A DNA stretch of 64,000 nt from Betaproteobacteria bacterium (GCA_947474715.1 CANJJT010000004.1:33353-97352), one strand, 5' to 3'; numbered from the stretch's first letter, positions 1-11,295 are shown. The notes: generated by a model not told the origin, from the sequence alone. Translations and numbers: made by a program.

Positions 1-76
1 GCGCGCGCGACGCGGTGGACAGGGAGACCCCGGCACTCTGTGCAACGTCGGCAAGGCGTGCGGAAAATTTGTGCAT
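1..76 (-). CDS. LacI-family transcriptional regulator, N-terminus only (runs off window edge; probable HpsR)
   Basis: Manual minus-strand translation from ATG at 76 gives MHKFSARLADVAQSAGVSLSTASRA, a LacI helix-turn-helix. It is divergent from hpsN, with LacI-type operators between them. Confidence 0.85.
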   Translation of the reverse strand, partial: MHKFSARLADVAQSAGVSLSTASRA

Positions 77-105
77 GGTAGTGCCTAGCATAGCAGTACC
101 GGAAA

Positions 106-118
106 ATGAAAGCGCTCC
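106..118. promoter_or_regulatory. Imperfect second LacI-type operator
   Basis: ATGAAAGCGCTCC matches the left part of the palindrome at 173-188. Confidence 0.6.
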
Positions 119-140
119 TGCTAATTTGCTGCATTGCAGC

Positions 141-170
141 TTGACTACAGTATAAGTGCGAAGTTACTTT
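141..170 (+). promoter_or_regulatory. Putative sigma70 promoter for hpsN
   Basis: TTGACT-N18-TACTTT lies immediately upstream of the operator. Confidence 0.45.
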
Positions 171-172
171 GC

Positions 173-188
173 ATGAAAGCGCTTTCAT
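173..188. promoter_or_regulatory. LacI-family operator
   Basis: Perfect 16-bp palindrome ATGAAAGCGCTTTCAT with the central CG typical of LacI sites. Confidence 0.85.
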
Positions 189-206
189 TTTATTGGACGA
201 AGCTGA

Positions 207-1529
<1,323 letters not shown>

Positions 1530-1623
1530 TGGGTGCAGGGGGCCACGGGCCGGGACCGCAGCATCAACAGGAAAACGAATTCGACCAAACCATCCGGCCA
1601 TGCATGGCCGAGGAGACCACAAG

Positions 1624-2832
1624 ATGAGTTATGCCAACGGTCGCTTGATCCATGATGCGGACAGTCATCTGCAGGAACTGGATGACTGCCTGGACGCGTA
1701 CTTCCAGCCCTCGTTGCTGGAGTCGTTTCACGCGTCTCCCGGCTACCGGTTGAGGCTGCGGCGCTATGAGCAGCGGCCTGGCCGCTCGCGCGAGGCCCAT
1801 GCCGAGCCGTCCTTTCGCGCCGGCGTGGACGCGAGCATCATGCTGCGCAAGAGCTTCGAGGCGCATGGCGCCTTCATCGCCGAAGACCGGCCGCATGCGC
1901 TGGACCTGCTGGGCTTTGCCAGCCAGCTGGTGTTCACGTCGTTCTGCCTGGGCAACTTCGGCCTTGACCAGAGCGATGACATGCCGCTGTGTTACGCCGC
2001 CGCGGATGCGCACAACCGGATGATCACGGACTTCTGTTCCGTCGACGAACGCCTGCTTGCCGTGGCCTATGTGCCGCTGGAGGATTTCGCTCGCGCCAGC
2101 GCTACCGCGACGCTGGCCTTGAAACTGGGCGCCAAGGCGCTGATGGTGCCCTCGCGCTGCCCGAAGCTGCACGGGCCCAGCCATGTCGGGCTGGATGGGG
2201 TCTGGGCGCAGGCGCAGGAGGCTGGCGTGCCGATCGTGTTCCACGTCGGTGGCCAGGAGAAATTCAATACGGTCTACAAGATCAACGGCGGGCCGGCAGT
2301 GCCGGACTTCCGCGGCGGCGACGACAATTTCACCTCGCTCAGTTACCTGCCGATCCCGTACGCGGTCATGCAGACCCTGGCAGCGCTGATTTTCGACGGT
2401 GTTTTCGATCGTTTTGAGCGCCTGAAGTGGGGCGCGATCGAGCTTGGCGCCGAATGGGTGCCGGGCTGGATGCGGTCCCTGGACGCCGCCGCGCATGCCT
2501 TCAAGCGCAACGAGACGCGCTTGCAGAAGCTGTCGGCACGGCCGAGCGAGATCGTGCGCCGGCAACTGCGGGTGACCCCGTATCCCCACGAGGATGCCGG
2601 CTGGGTCGTGTCACAGGCAGGCCCGGAGATGGCCATGTTCTCGTCGGATTATGCGCATCCCGAGGGAGGCAGGGCGCCATTGAAGCGCTTCGACGAGACG
2701 CTGGAGCGCGTGGATGCCGATGCGCGCCGGTGGTTCTATGCGGACAACTTCATCGACCTGATGGGCGCGGGCCTGGCGCCGGCACTGCGCCGGCCCCAAC
2801 CGCGCGAGACGCTGGTGCCAACCGGTGCCTGA
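1624..2832 (+). CDS. Amidohydrolase_2-family metallo-hydrolase/decarboxylase
   Basis: Motifs IHDADSH, FHVG, IELGAEW and SSDYAHPEG. AGGAG RBS before ATG 1624. Confidence 0.8.
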   Translation: MSYANGRLIHDADSHLQELDDCLDAYFQPSLLESFHASPGYRLRLRRYEQRPGRSREAHAEPSFRAGVDASIMLRKSFEAHGAFIAEDRPHALDLLGFASQLVFTSFCLGNFGLDQSDDMPLCYAAADAHNRMITDFCSVDERLLAVAYVPLEDFARASATATLALKLGAKALMVPSRCPKLHGPSHVGLDGVWAQAQEAGVPIVFHVGGQEKFNTVYKINGGPAVPDFRGGDDNFTSLSYLPIPYAVMQTLAALIFDGVFDRFERLKWGAIELGAEWVPGWMRSLDAAAHAFKRNETRLQKLSARPSEIVRRQLRVTPYPHEDAGWVVSQAGPEMAMFSSDYAHPEGGRAPLKRFDETLERVDADARRWFYADNFIDLMGAGLAPALRRPQPRETLVPTGA

Positions 2833-2930
2833 CAGGCAGCGGCGGCGCTCTTGATTCACCTTCACCATTTCGAGCTTCGGCTCTTTCGCTCATCAACCCT
2901 TGCCGGCCCTGACCGGCGTATGGAGGCCAC

Positions 2931-3893
2931 ATGAAACGTCTGTCCCTGGCGGCGATTGCACTTTCGTTCGTCCTGTCCGGTCCGGTTGCAGCGCAGGAGT
3001 TCCCCAGTAGACCGATCACGCTCATGATGCCCTTTCAGGCCGGGGGCGTTGCCGATCTCTTTGGACGCCTCGTCTCAAGCAAAATGGGCAGTGTGCTCGG
3101 CACAAGCTTCATCGTCGTCAACAATGCCGGCGCCGGTGGAATCATCGGCGCCAAAATTGTTGCTGACGCGAAGCCCGACGGTTACACGATTCTCTACGCC
3201 ACGGATGCGGCGATGGTCAACCACCCGCTCGTGTCGAAGAATCCGCTGTATATCCCGGACAAGGCGTTTGCGCCTATCCATAGCCTGACGACCACACCGT
3301 GGATGTTCGCGGTTCGTCCCGATGCGCCATTCAAGACCTTCCGGGAGTTGGTCGAGTCCGCGCGAAAGAACCCCGGGAAGCTCACTTACTTCATCCTCGA
3401 CATCGGATCCTCGCATCATGTCATGGGGGAGCTTCTGCAGAAGGCGGCCGGCGTGAAGCTCACGCATGTTCCCTACAAGGGTGGGCCCCAGGGCTTTCAG
3501 GACTTCTTCGGTGGCCGGCTCGACCTGATGATGGACTATGCAAACACCTGGGCGCCGTTCGTGGCGGCCGGCAAGGCCATTCCGATCGGCGTGGCCTCGG
3601 CGGCGCGTCTGCCTGTCGCGCCGAACGTGCCGACCTTCGCGGAGCAGGGCTACGACGTCGCGTTCGGTCCGATCGGAGTGCTGGCTGCGCCGGTTGCGAC
3701 GCCCAAGGCCGTGATCGACAAACTCTCGGAGACGATGGCCCGGGTTCACAAGGATCCCGCGTTCGTGAAGTACTGCTTCGATCGAGGCTCGGTGCAGCTG
3801 ATGTATGGCCCTGCCGAGACGAAAGCATTCCTCGAGCAGCGGACCACAAGGATGAAGCAGCTGTTCGATGAGTTGGGCATCAAGCCGGAATGA
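2931..3893 (+). CDS. Bug/TctC tripartite tricarboxylate transporter solute-binding protein
   Basis: Signal peptide, FPSRPITLMMPFQAGG, PDGYT and HVPYKGG motifs. Confidence 0.92.
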   Translation: MKRLSLAAIALSFVLSGPVAAQEFPSRPITLMMPFQAGGVADLFGRLVSSKMGSVLGTSFIVVNNAGAGGIIGAKIVADAKPDGYTILYATDAAMVNHPLVSKNPLYIPDKAFAPIHSLTTTPWMFAVRPDAPFKTFRELVESARKNPGKLTYFILDIGSSHHVMGELLQKAAGVKLTHVPYKGGPQGFQDFFGGRLDLMMDYANTWAPFVAAGKAIPIGVASAARLPVAPNVPTFAEQGYDVAFGPIGVLAAPVATPKAVIDKLSETMARVHKDPAFVKYCFDRGSVQLMYGPAETKAFLEQRTTRMKQLFDELGIKPE

Positions 3894-3931
3894 AGTCGAC
3901 AGGAACCGGCGCGCACATCCAAGGAGAGATC

Positions 3932-4924
3932 ATGAAGTACACCCTGCGTGCCCTGACCGCCACTGCCTTGCTGGCGTCCACCCTCCTGCCATCCGCCGCG
4001 GCCTTCGCGCAAGGCAGCGCAGACGCCTGGCCCTCGCGGCCGGTCACCATGATTGTGGCGCTCGCCCCCGGTGCCGCGGTGGACATCGAGACACGCCTGT
4101 ATGCCAATGAGCTGTCGAAGAACATGAACCGCAGCTTCCTGGTGGATTACAAGCCTGGCGCGGGCAGCACCATCGGCCTCGCCCATGTCGCCAAGTCGGC
4201 GCCCGACGGCTATACGCTGTTGTCCATGACCGCCTCCGCTTCCATCGCGAAGATGGCTTATCCCAACTTGAGCGTCGATCCCCTCAAGGACCTCGCTCCC
4301 GTCTCGCTCATGTCCATGCGGCCCATCGTCTTCGTGGTGAACCCCGCGCTGCCGGTGAAATCGCTCAAGGAATTCATCGCCTACGCCAGGGCGAATCCCA
4401 TGAAGGTGAATGCCGGCACCGCCGGCGCGGGTGGTCTCGCCGAACTGGGCTGGGGCTGGTTCAACAGCCTCACCGACACCAAGGTGACCCTGGTGCACTA
4501 CAAGGGCGGCGGCCCGGCGCTCAAGGCGGTGCTGGCGGGCGAAGTGGACATCATTTTCGGCGGCCTCGCTGTCTCGATACCGCAGGTCAAGGCAGGCAAG
4601 CTGCGGGCGCTGGGCACCTCCATGCTGGAGCGCTCGAAACTTACGCCCGACCTGCCCACCGCAGCCGAGCAGGGACTTCCCGGCTTCAACTATTTCCAGT
4701 GGCTGGGCATCGCAGCGCCGGCCGCCACGCCGCAGCCGATCATCGTCCGCCTCAATGCTGAACTGGCCAAGGTGGCCAAGTCCGCGGAGGTGCAGCGCAA
4801 GCTCGAAGACGATGGCACCATCCTGGTGGGCACCAGCCCGGAGCGCTTCCGCCAGATTTACGAGGAAGAATCCGCCCGGCTGCGCAAGGTGGCCAAAGAC
4901 ATCAACATGAAGTTCACCGAGTAG
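3932..4924 (+). CDS. Bug/TctC solute-binding protein
   Basis: WPSRPVT, APDGYT and VHYKGG motifs. AAGGAG RBS before ATG 3932. Confidence 0.92.
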   Translation: MKYTLRALTATALLASTLLPSAAAFAQGSADAWPSRPVTMIVALAPGAAVDIETRLYANELSKNMNRSFLVDYKPGAGSTIGLAHVAKSAPDGYTLLSMTASASIAKMAYPNLSVDPLKDLAPVSLMSMRPIVFVVNPALPVKSLKEFIAYARANPMKVNAGTAGAGGLAELGWGWFNSLTDTKVTLVHYKGGGPALKAVLAGEVDIIFGGLAVSIPQVKAGKLRALGTSMLERSKLTPDLPTAAEQGLPGFNYFQWLGIAAPAATPQPIIVRLNAELAKVAKSAEVQRKLEDDGTILVGTSPERFRQIYEEESARLRKVAKDINMKFTE

Positions 4925-5040
4925 CCGCACCGGAAGGCCTCTCCCCGCGCAGGCCACCGTGAAGGCCGGGACTGCCTGCGTCGTGCATCCCTGTCCCCGT
5001 CAAGTTCCGGCAAGCCACCGCCCCTTACAATGACGGGCTC

Positions 5041-6213
5041 ATGCGCATTCATTTCGTTTTTGCCCTCAACGTTTTCAATACCTCGAGCACTTTTGCCAAT
5101 CGCGTGCTGCTGGCGCTGTTTGCGGTGAGGCTGGGCGCCTCGCCGGTGATGGTGGGGGTGCTGGGGGCGATGTTCGCGGTGTTCCCCTCGCTGCTGGCGG
5201 TGATGGCCGGGCGCCTGGCCGACCGCATTGGCTCGCGCTACCCGATGATCGTCGGCACCGTGGGCATGAGCCTGGGCATGCTGGTGCCTTACTTCTGGCC
5301 GACCCTGCCCGCCATCCTGTTTGCCGCGCTGATGTGCGGCTTTGCGCAGGTGTTCTTCAATGTCTCGACGCAGAACCTCACCGGCGTCCTCAGCACGCCG
5401 GAGACGCGTTCGCGCAATTTCGCCAACTACGCGCTGACCAATTCGACCGGGCAGTTTATCGGTCCGCTGATCGGCGGCTTCTCCATCGATCATCTTTCCA
5501 ACGCCAACGCCAGCCTGCTGCTGGCGGTGTTTGCCACCATCCCGCTGCTCATGCTGCTGTGGGAGCGCCGGCCGCTGGAGCCGGAGCACCTGCGCAACCG
5601 CAGCCAGGAGAAGAAGGCCGCCGCCGCCAAGGCCGGCGGCGCGCTGCAGATGCTGAAGAACCCGGCGGTGCGTCAGTCGCTCTACACCGGCAGCCTGCTC
5701 AACTCCGGGCTCAACCTGTACCAGTTCTACATGCCGGTGTATGCCACTTCGGTGGGGGCCTCGGCCTCGGTGGTGGGCATCATCATGGCCATGAATTCCA
5801 CCGCAGCCTTCTTCATCCGCGCGGTGCTGCCGGCGCTGATCAACCGCTGGAAGGAAGACCGGGTGCTGGTCATGGCCTTTGTCTGCGGCGCGGTCAGCCT
5901 GACCCTGGTGCCCTTTTTCGAGAACGCCTGGATGCTGGGCCTCCTGTCCTTTGTCTTCGGCCTGGGCATGGGCGTGGGCCAGCCCATCGTCAACATCCAG
6001 ATGTTCGCCAACTCGCCGGAGGGACGCTCGGGTGAAGGTATCGGCCTGAAGATGACCACTAACCAGCTCACCAAGCTGGTCAGCCCGATTGCCTTTGGTG
6101 CCGTGGCCTCCGCCGTGGGCCTGCTGCCGATGTTCTGGCTGAATGCGCTGCTGCTGGGGGCCGGCGGCTGGATGGCGCGGCCGAAAAAAGACAGGGTCCA
6201 GCGGACAGCTTGA
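5041..6213 (+). CDS. MFS transporter
   Basis: About 12 hydrophobic segments and MFS motif A-like GRLADRIGSR. Confidence 0.88.
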   Translation: MRIHFVFALNVFNTSSTFANRVLLALFAVRLGASPVMVGVLGAMFAVFPSLLAVMAGRLADRIGSRYPMIVGTVGMSLGMLVPYFWPTLPAILFAALMCGFAQVFFNVSTQNLTGVLSTPETRSRNFANYALTNSTGQFIGPLIGGFSIDHLSNANASLLLAVFATIPLLMLLWERRPLEPEHLRNRSQEKKAAAAKAGGALQMLKNPAVRQSLYTGSLLNSGLNLYQFYMPVYATSVGASASVVGIIMAMNSTAAFFIRAVLPALINRWKEDRVLVMAFVCGAVSLTLVPFFENAWMLGLLSFVFGLGMGVGQPIVNIQMFANSPEGRSGEGIGLKMTTNQLTKLVSPIAFGAVASAVGLLPMFWLNALLLGAGGWMARPKKDRVQRTA

Positions 6214-6295
6214 TCAGCAAGGTTTGAAGTGTCATGTGGCGAGGGCATCATTGTCCGATGATGGCCACAATGATCCTGGGGGTACCGGTCCGGCG

Positions 6296-7144
6296 ATGGC
6301 GGATGGCGCGCGGACTGTCACAAGGCAGTTGCCGGTGATGCCGGGGGTCTCACCCTTTGCGGCCTCCGGCCCGGGCCATCGGACCCTGATGGCCATGCTG
6401 GCGTTCATCAGCCTTGTGCTGGTTGCATCACTGCTGCTCGGGCAGGCGGCCATTGCGATCTACGTGCTGGGATTCTGGCACTACTACCTCTACGGGCTTG
6501 CCTATCGTTACGGCAAGGTGCCGCTGGCGCTATTCAAGCGCGATGCCGTGCTGATGAAGTCGGTCGCGCTGGCCGCCCTGGGGGTGGCCTATTTTTCCTG
6601 TCCGCCGGACTGGCTGTCCCTGGCCGTGATGGCTGCAGGCTTCGGCCTGAACGCGCTGGCTGCCCGGGTGCTGGGGGTGGACCGCACCTACTATGGTCAC
6701 GAGGTGGCCGGACTGCCGCACCGGCGCATCAGCGCATTTCCCTACTCGCAGGTCGGGCACCCCATGCTGGTGGGCAACATGGCCGCCTATGCCGGGACCA
6801 TGATCAATGACTCGTTCCGCGAGCAATGGTGGCCGCTCGCCAGCATGCATGTGGTTTTCAACCTGGCGCTGCTCGCGATGGAGATGCGCGTGAAGCCGCT
6901 GCACGGCGCCGGCGCCGCCCCCGCATCCGCGACGGGCACGCCTGCGGCGCTGGCCGGCCTGGGTGCTGCGGGGGCGATGGCAGGTGCGGCGGTGGCATTT
7001 GTCTACCTGGGCGATGACCGCAGGGCACTGGCCGGCGCCTTGCTGGGTGCAGGCATTGTCATATTTGCGCGGGTAATCTATGGCTTTTACTCTGGGGCGG
7101 TACCTGGCACCGGTGGCCGGCTTCAGGGCAGGGAGGCGCAATGA
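6296..7144 (+). CDS. Membrane protein with PEMT/PEM2-like phospholipid methyltransferase domain (start uncertain)
   Basis: LGVDRTYYG...AFPYS..HPMLVG resembles the PEMT/ICMT-clan signature. Multiple transmembrane helices. Confidence 0.6.
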   Translation: MADGARTVTRQLPVMPGVSPFAASGPGHRTLMAMLAFISLVLVASLLLGQAAIAIYVLGFWHYYLYGLAYRYGKVPLALFKRDAVLMKSVALAALGVAYFSCPPDWLSLAVMAAGFGLNALAARVLGVDRTYYGHEVAGLPHRRISAFPYSQVGHPMLVGNMAAYAGTMINDSFREQWWPLASMHVVFNLALLAMEMRVKPLHGAGAAPASATGTPAALAGLGAAGAMAGAAVAFVYLGDDRRALAGALLGAGIVIFARVIYGFYSGAVPGTGGRLQGREAQ

Positions 7145-7998
7145 GCGACGCAGCACAGCTGGGAACACAGGGCAAGGGCGGCATGCCGACCGGGCAGGGC
7201 CAACGCGCCACACGGCTGTTCCCCGTGCAGGTGGGGCGGTTTGACGATGCGGTCGCGCGCAGCCTCATCGACGAACTGGCGAACTGGGTCGTGGCGCGTT
7301 ACCGCGAGGACCTCACGCAGCGCCCTTCAAAGCATGTCTATATCCGCCTGTTGCCTGAAGAAGTGGTCCGCAAGATCGACCGCATCCGCGACAACGCCGT
7401 CATCTGCGAAGCCATGCTGCGGCACTTCGGCCCGGACCATGTCATCACCCCGATGAAGCACACCGACGAGCTTTACCTATCCCACTACAACAAGGACCGC
7501 GGCGGCGACCAGGGCCTGTTCGACAAGCACTACGATGGCAACCTGCGCTTCCTGTCCTTTGGCACCGTGGTGCGTTCGCTGATCTACCTGCAGTCCGATG
7601 CCACCTACAAGGTGGTGTTTGCCCACAGTGGTGTGGAGAAGGCCTTCGTCACCTATGACTTCGGGCTGCTCGACTTTCACCGGGAACTGCACTGGGTCGA
7701 GGGCGAATACAGCAGTGATGGCCAGCAGCGCATCCTGCTCAAGTGCAATTACCTCGTCGCTCCGCGCGACGCCGGCCTGATGAAGTCGCTCGTGATAGGG
7801 GCGAATACCGGGGTCTTTTACCTGGTCAAAGCGGCCATGGAATACTCCAAGAGCCCGCGGAACCCGGCGCAGCGTTTCGTGGGCCTGCTGTGCAACGTGT
7901 TTCGCCTGCTCAACAACATTCACCCCTTTGTGCCGCTGATTGTCACGGCGGCGGTGCTGGGCGGTGTCGGCTGGGGCCTGATTCATTGGCTTGGCTAG
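7141..7998 (+). CDS. Hypothetical protein, possible Fe-dependent double-stranded beta-helix oxygenase with C-terminal membrane anchor
   Basis: ATGA overlap with the upstream gene, H-Y-D motif plus distal H (DFHRELH), hydrophobic C-terminus. Confidence 0.55.
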   Translation: MSDAAQLGTQGKGGMPTGQGQRATRLFPVQVGRFDDAVARSLIDELANWVVARYREDLTQRPSKHVYIRLLPEEVVRKIDRIRDNAVICEAMLRHFGPDHVITPMKHTDELYLSHYNKDRGGDQGLFDKHYDGNLRFLSFGTVVRSLIYLQSDATYKVVFAHSGVEKAFVTYDFGLLDFHRELHWVEGEYSSDGQQRILLKCNYLVAPRDAGLMKSLVIGANTGVFYLVKAAMEYSKSPRNPAQRFVGLLCNVFRLLNNIHPFVPLIVTAAVLGGVGWGLIHWLG

Positions 7999-8314
7999 CA
8001 GGGTGTTGAAGATGGAGGGCACGCTCTGCCTCGCCCCCAACGGCCGGATTGGCGGAATCCTATCCCAGTACGTATGATCATAATATTATTGCAAGCCCAA
8101 TGAAGAAAACAGAGACCATCTGTAAATGATCATATCAATCCGGCCAGAGGCTTGCGCCCTGCCGCACCCGCCTTGCCTGCCGCTCCGGCTGGATTTTACT
8201 TTCGCTTAATATCCGCCTGTGGCTGCCATCGACGACCGTCAATGGCAGCCACGCGACCGGACCTGCCGCCCCGAGCGGACAGCAAGAATCCCGGCGAACC
8301 AACCAGGAGGCGAC

Positions 8315-9298
8315 ATGAACAAAGCCGTTCTGAACAGGCTGGCCGGTGGCGTATGGCTGCTGGCGCTGTGCGGTGGTCCGGCCCAAGCAGCCGACCAGGC
8401 GCCCGGCTATCCCTCGCGCAATGTGCGCATGGTGATTCCTTTCGTGCCCGGCGGCTCGTCCGATGTGATCGGCCGCATCGTGGCGCAAAAGCTCACCGAA
8501 GCCTGGGGCCAGCAGGTGATCGTGGACAACCGCGGCGGCGGCGGCACGGTCATCGGCACCGAGATCGTGGCCAGGGCCAATCCGGATGGCCACACCATCC
8601 TGCTCTCCACGCCGTCTTTCACCGTGAATGCGACTGGCGTGCGCAAGCTGCCCTACGACCCGGCCAAGGATTTCTCGCCCATCATCCTGTTCGGCTTCGC
8701 GCCGATGATGATCATCGCCACGCCATCTTTTCCGCCGCGGACCATCAAGGAACTGGTGGCCTATGCCAAGGCCAATGAAGGCAAGGTCACTTTCGGCTCG
8801 GCCGGCAACGGCAGCATCAACCAGATGGGCCTGGAGTTGATCAAGCTGCAGGGCGCGCCCATGACGCATGTGCCCTACAAGGGCGCCGCACCGGCCATGA
8901 CCGATGTGGCGGGCGGCCAGATCAACCTGCTGCTCACCGCCGCGGGTGCCGCGCTGCCGCTGGTGAAGGCGGGCAAGCTGAAGGCGATTGCCGTCACCAG
9001 CCTGCAGCGCATCCCGCTGGCGCCAGACATCCCGGCCGTCTCGGAAACCTTCCCCGGCTACGAAGTGGTGAACTGGTACGGCTTCCAGGCGCCCGGCGCT
9101 ACATCACCTGCCATCGTGGCGAAGATCAACACCGACATGATGCGCCTGCTCAAGGACGCCGACGTGCTGGACCGCATTGCTCGCGAGAGCAGCCTGCCCG
9201 GGGGCAGCACGCCCGAGCAGTTCCGCACTTTCCTGCAGAACGAGATCGTGAAGTGGACGCGGGTGATCAAGGAAACCGGCGCCACCGTGGACCAGTGA
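8315..9298 (+). CDS. Bug/TctC solute-binding protein
   Basis: YPSRNVRMVIPFVPGG and HVPYKGAA motifs. AGGAGG RBS. Confidence 0.92.
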   Translation: MNKAVLNRLAGGVWLLALCGGPAQAADQAPGYPSRNVRMVIPFVPGGSSDVIGRIVAQKLTEAWGQQVIVDNRGGGGTVIGTEIVARANPDGHTILLSTPSFTVNATGVRKLPYDPAKDFSPIILFGFAPMMIIATPSFPPRTIKELVAYAKANEGKVTFGSAGNGSINQMGLELIKLQGAPMTHVPYKGAAPAMTDVAGGQINLLLTAAGAALPLVKAGKLKAIAVTSLQRIPLAPDIPAVSETFPGYEVVNWYGFQAPGATSPAIVAKINTDMMRLLKDADVLDRIARESSLPGGSTPEQFRTFLQNEIVKWTRVIKETGATVDQ

Positions 9299-9428
9299 GG
9301 GCACGCAGTCGAGCGGAGAAGGCCAATGCTGATTCACACAGCTGCCCCACACGAAATGAGCCATTTTGATTCGACACACGCAGATTTGAGCGAAGCCACT
9401 TCGCCGAGAATCCATTGAAACCAATTAT

Positions 9429-9502
9429 CGTTATTCCCGCGAAGGCGGGAATCCATGGTTCGAAGGCAGCAAGAATGGATCCCCGCCTGCGCGGGAATGA
9501 CG
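9429..9502. repeat. REP-like palindromic doublet
   Basis: CGTTATTCCCGCGAAGGCGGGAATCCAT (9429-9456) and an inverted copy ATGGATCCCCGCCTGCGCGGGAATGACG (9475-9502). Each arm forms its own hairpin. Confidence 0.85.
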
Positions 9503-9559
9503 GCAGGGGCGTTTTCACCATGCATTCCATGAAGCCACCCACTCCCACGGAGGACTGAC

Positions 9560-11293
9560 ATGAACAACGACGGATACTTCGAAGCCTACTGGCCGCGCGC
9601 GCCGCGCCAGCAGAAACGCAAGGGGCTCGCGCCGCGCCTCGACACCCTGGAAGGCAAGACGGTGGCGCAGCTGTGGGACTTCCTCTTCAAGGGCGACCAG
9701 GTGTTCGCGCTGCTGGAGGAGGGCCTCAAGGCACGTTACCCCGGCATCAAGTTCGTCAGCTGGCAGACCTTCGGCAACACCCACCACAGCGACGAGAAGA
9801 AGCTGGTGGCCGAACTGCCCAAGCGCCTGCGCGAGCTGGGCGTGGACGCCGTCATCTCCGGGATGGCGTGTTGAGGCAGCTGCACGCCCGCCGTGTTGCG
9901 GGCGAGTGCAGCGTGCGAGGCAGCCGGGTTCCCCACGGCTTCCCTCACCTGTGAAGGGTTCATCAAACAGGGCAAGGCCACGTCCATCGGTCTGGGCTTT
10001 CCCGACATCCGCCTGGCGCTGGTGCCCGGCCACATCGGCAACAAGAACAATGACGTCCTGCGCCGCGACATCCTGGCGGTGACCCTGGATGCCGTGATCG
10101 ACAACCTCACCAGCAGCACCGGCACGGGCGAGAGCCTGTCCGACGAGCCGGCCGAGCGGGCCATCGTGGTGAAGGGCGGCTTCAACGAGGTGAACCGCTA
10201 CTTCACCGAGCATGAATACTCCGACGGCCTGCCGGTGGTGCCACCGACGAAGGAAGCGATCGACGCCTTCCTCGCCTACAGCGTACGCCCGTCCGAGGAG
10301 GTGCTGGGCGTGATGCTGCCCGACCGGCGCGCCGCCACCGTCTGGAGCGTGGCGGTGAATGGCGTCATGGCCGGCTGCCGGCCCGAGTACATGCCCGTCC
10401 TCGTCGCGCTGGTGGAAGCCATGTGCGACGAGCGCTACGGCGTGGAGCACAGCGGCAACACCCCCGGCGCCGACACCCTCATCATCCTCAACGGGCCGAT
10501 CGGCAAGCAACTGGGCTTCAACAACGGCCAGGGCGTGCTGCGCGACGGCTTTCTCGCCAACACCTCGGTGGGCCGCTTCTGGCGGCTGTATTCGCGCAAT
10601 GTCGCCGGCTTCCTGCCGGGCAAGACCGACAAGGCCACCTTCGGCAACACCTTCCGCGTGGTCATGCCCGAGAATGACGAGGTGCTGGCGGCCATCGGCT
10701 GGCCGACCATCGCCGAGGAAGTGGGCTTCAAGGCGGGCGACAACGTGGTCACCGTGGCGCGCTACACCGCCGGGGGCACCATGTCCTCGGTCACCGGCTC
10801 CACGCCCGAGGAAATGCTGCCCTACGTCGCCGATTCGGTGATGCGCTTCACCAACTGGCAGCTCATCTTCACCACCAGCCAGGGCGGCGGCACGCTGCGC
10901 CCGCTGGTGGTCATCACGCCCATCATCGCCGAGACCATCGCGCGCGCCGGCTGGAGCAAGGCGCGCGTGCAGCAGTACCTGTACGAGCATGCGCGCATGC
11001 CGGCACATGCCTTCGAGCGGCAATTGCGCGACTGGAACATCCGCCCGGTGTGGGAGCTGAAGGAGGAAGTGCGCCTGGGCAATCTGCCCAAGGCCTTCCA
11101 TGAGTCCGACGACCCCAACCGCCTGGTGCCCATCGTGGTCAACCCGGAGGACTTCATGATCGCCGTGAGCGGCGACCCCATGCGCAACAACGCCTACATC
11201 TTCGCCCACAACGGCTTCCTCGGTTACCCCACGGGGAAGCAGATCCAACTGCCCGCCGATTGGGACCAGCGGCTGGCTGAGCGTGTGGTGTAG
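9560..11293 (+). CDS. Putative selenoprotein: UGSC-type domain (Sec at codon 105, C-U-G-S-C) fused to an unknown C-terminal domain; 577 aa with readthrough
   Basis: ORFs 9560-9874 and 9893-11293 share a frame and are separated only by TGA 9872-9874. Readthrough gives VDAVISGMAC-U-GSCTPAVLRASAACEAAGFPT, followed by a SECIS-like hairpin. GGAGG RBS at the 9560 start. Confidence 0.85.
9875..9916 (+). promoter_or_regulatory. Bacterial SECIS-like stem-loop
   Basis: GCTGCAC (9879-85) pairs with GTGCAGC (9906-12) and GCCCGC (9886-91) with GCGGGC (9898-903). Loop CGUGUU starts 17 nt after the UGA with G-U at loop positions 2-3. Confidence 0.8.
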
Positions 11294-11295
11294 CG

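Noticed and set aside
9515-11248. Long antisense or alternative-frame ORFs (e.g. 9515-11248, 36285-37820, 47668-49521)
   Set aside because: They are shadows of high-GC codon bias opposite well-supported genes and carry no recognisable motifs.
9560-11293. Reading 9560-9874/9893-11293 and 15504-15782/15219-15443 as pseudogenes or four separate small genes
   Set aside because: Both interruptions are TGA at the same aligned UxxC position, each followed by a SECIS-like hairpin. Recoding explains this better than two independent nonsense mutations.
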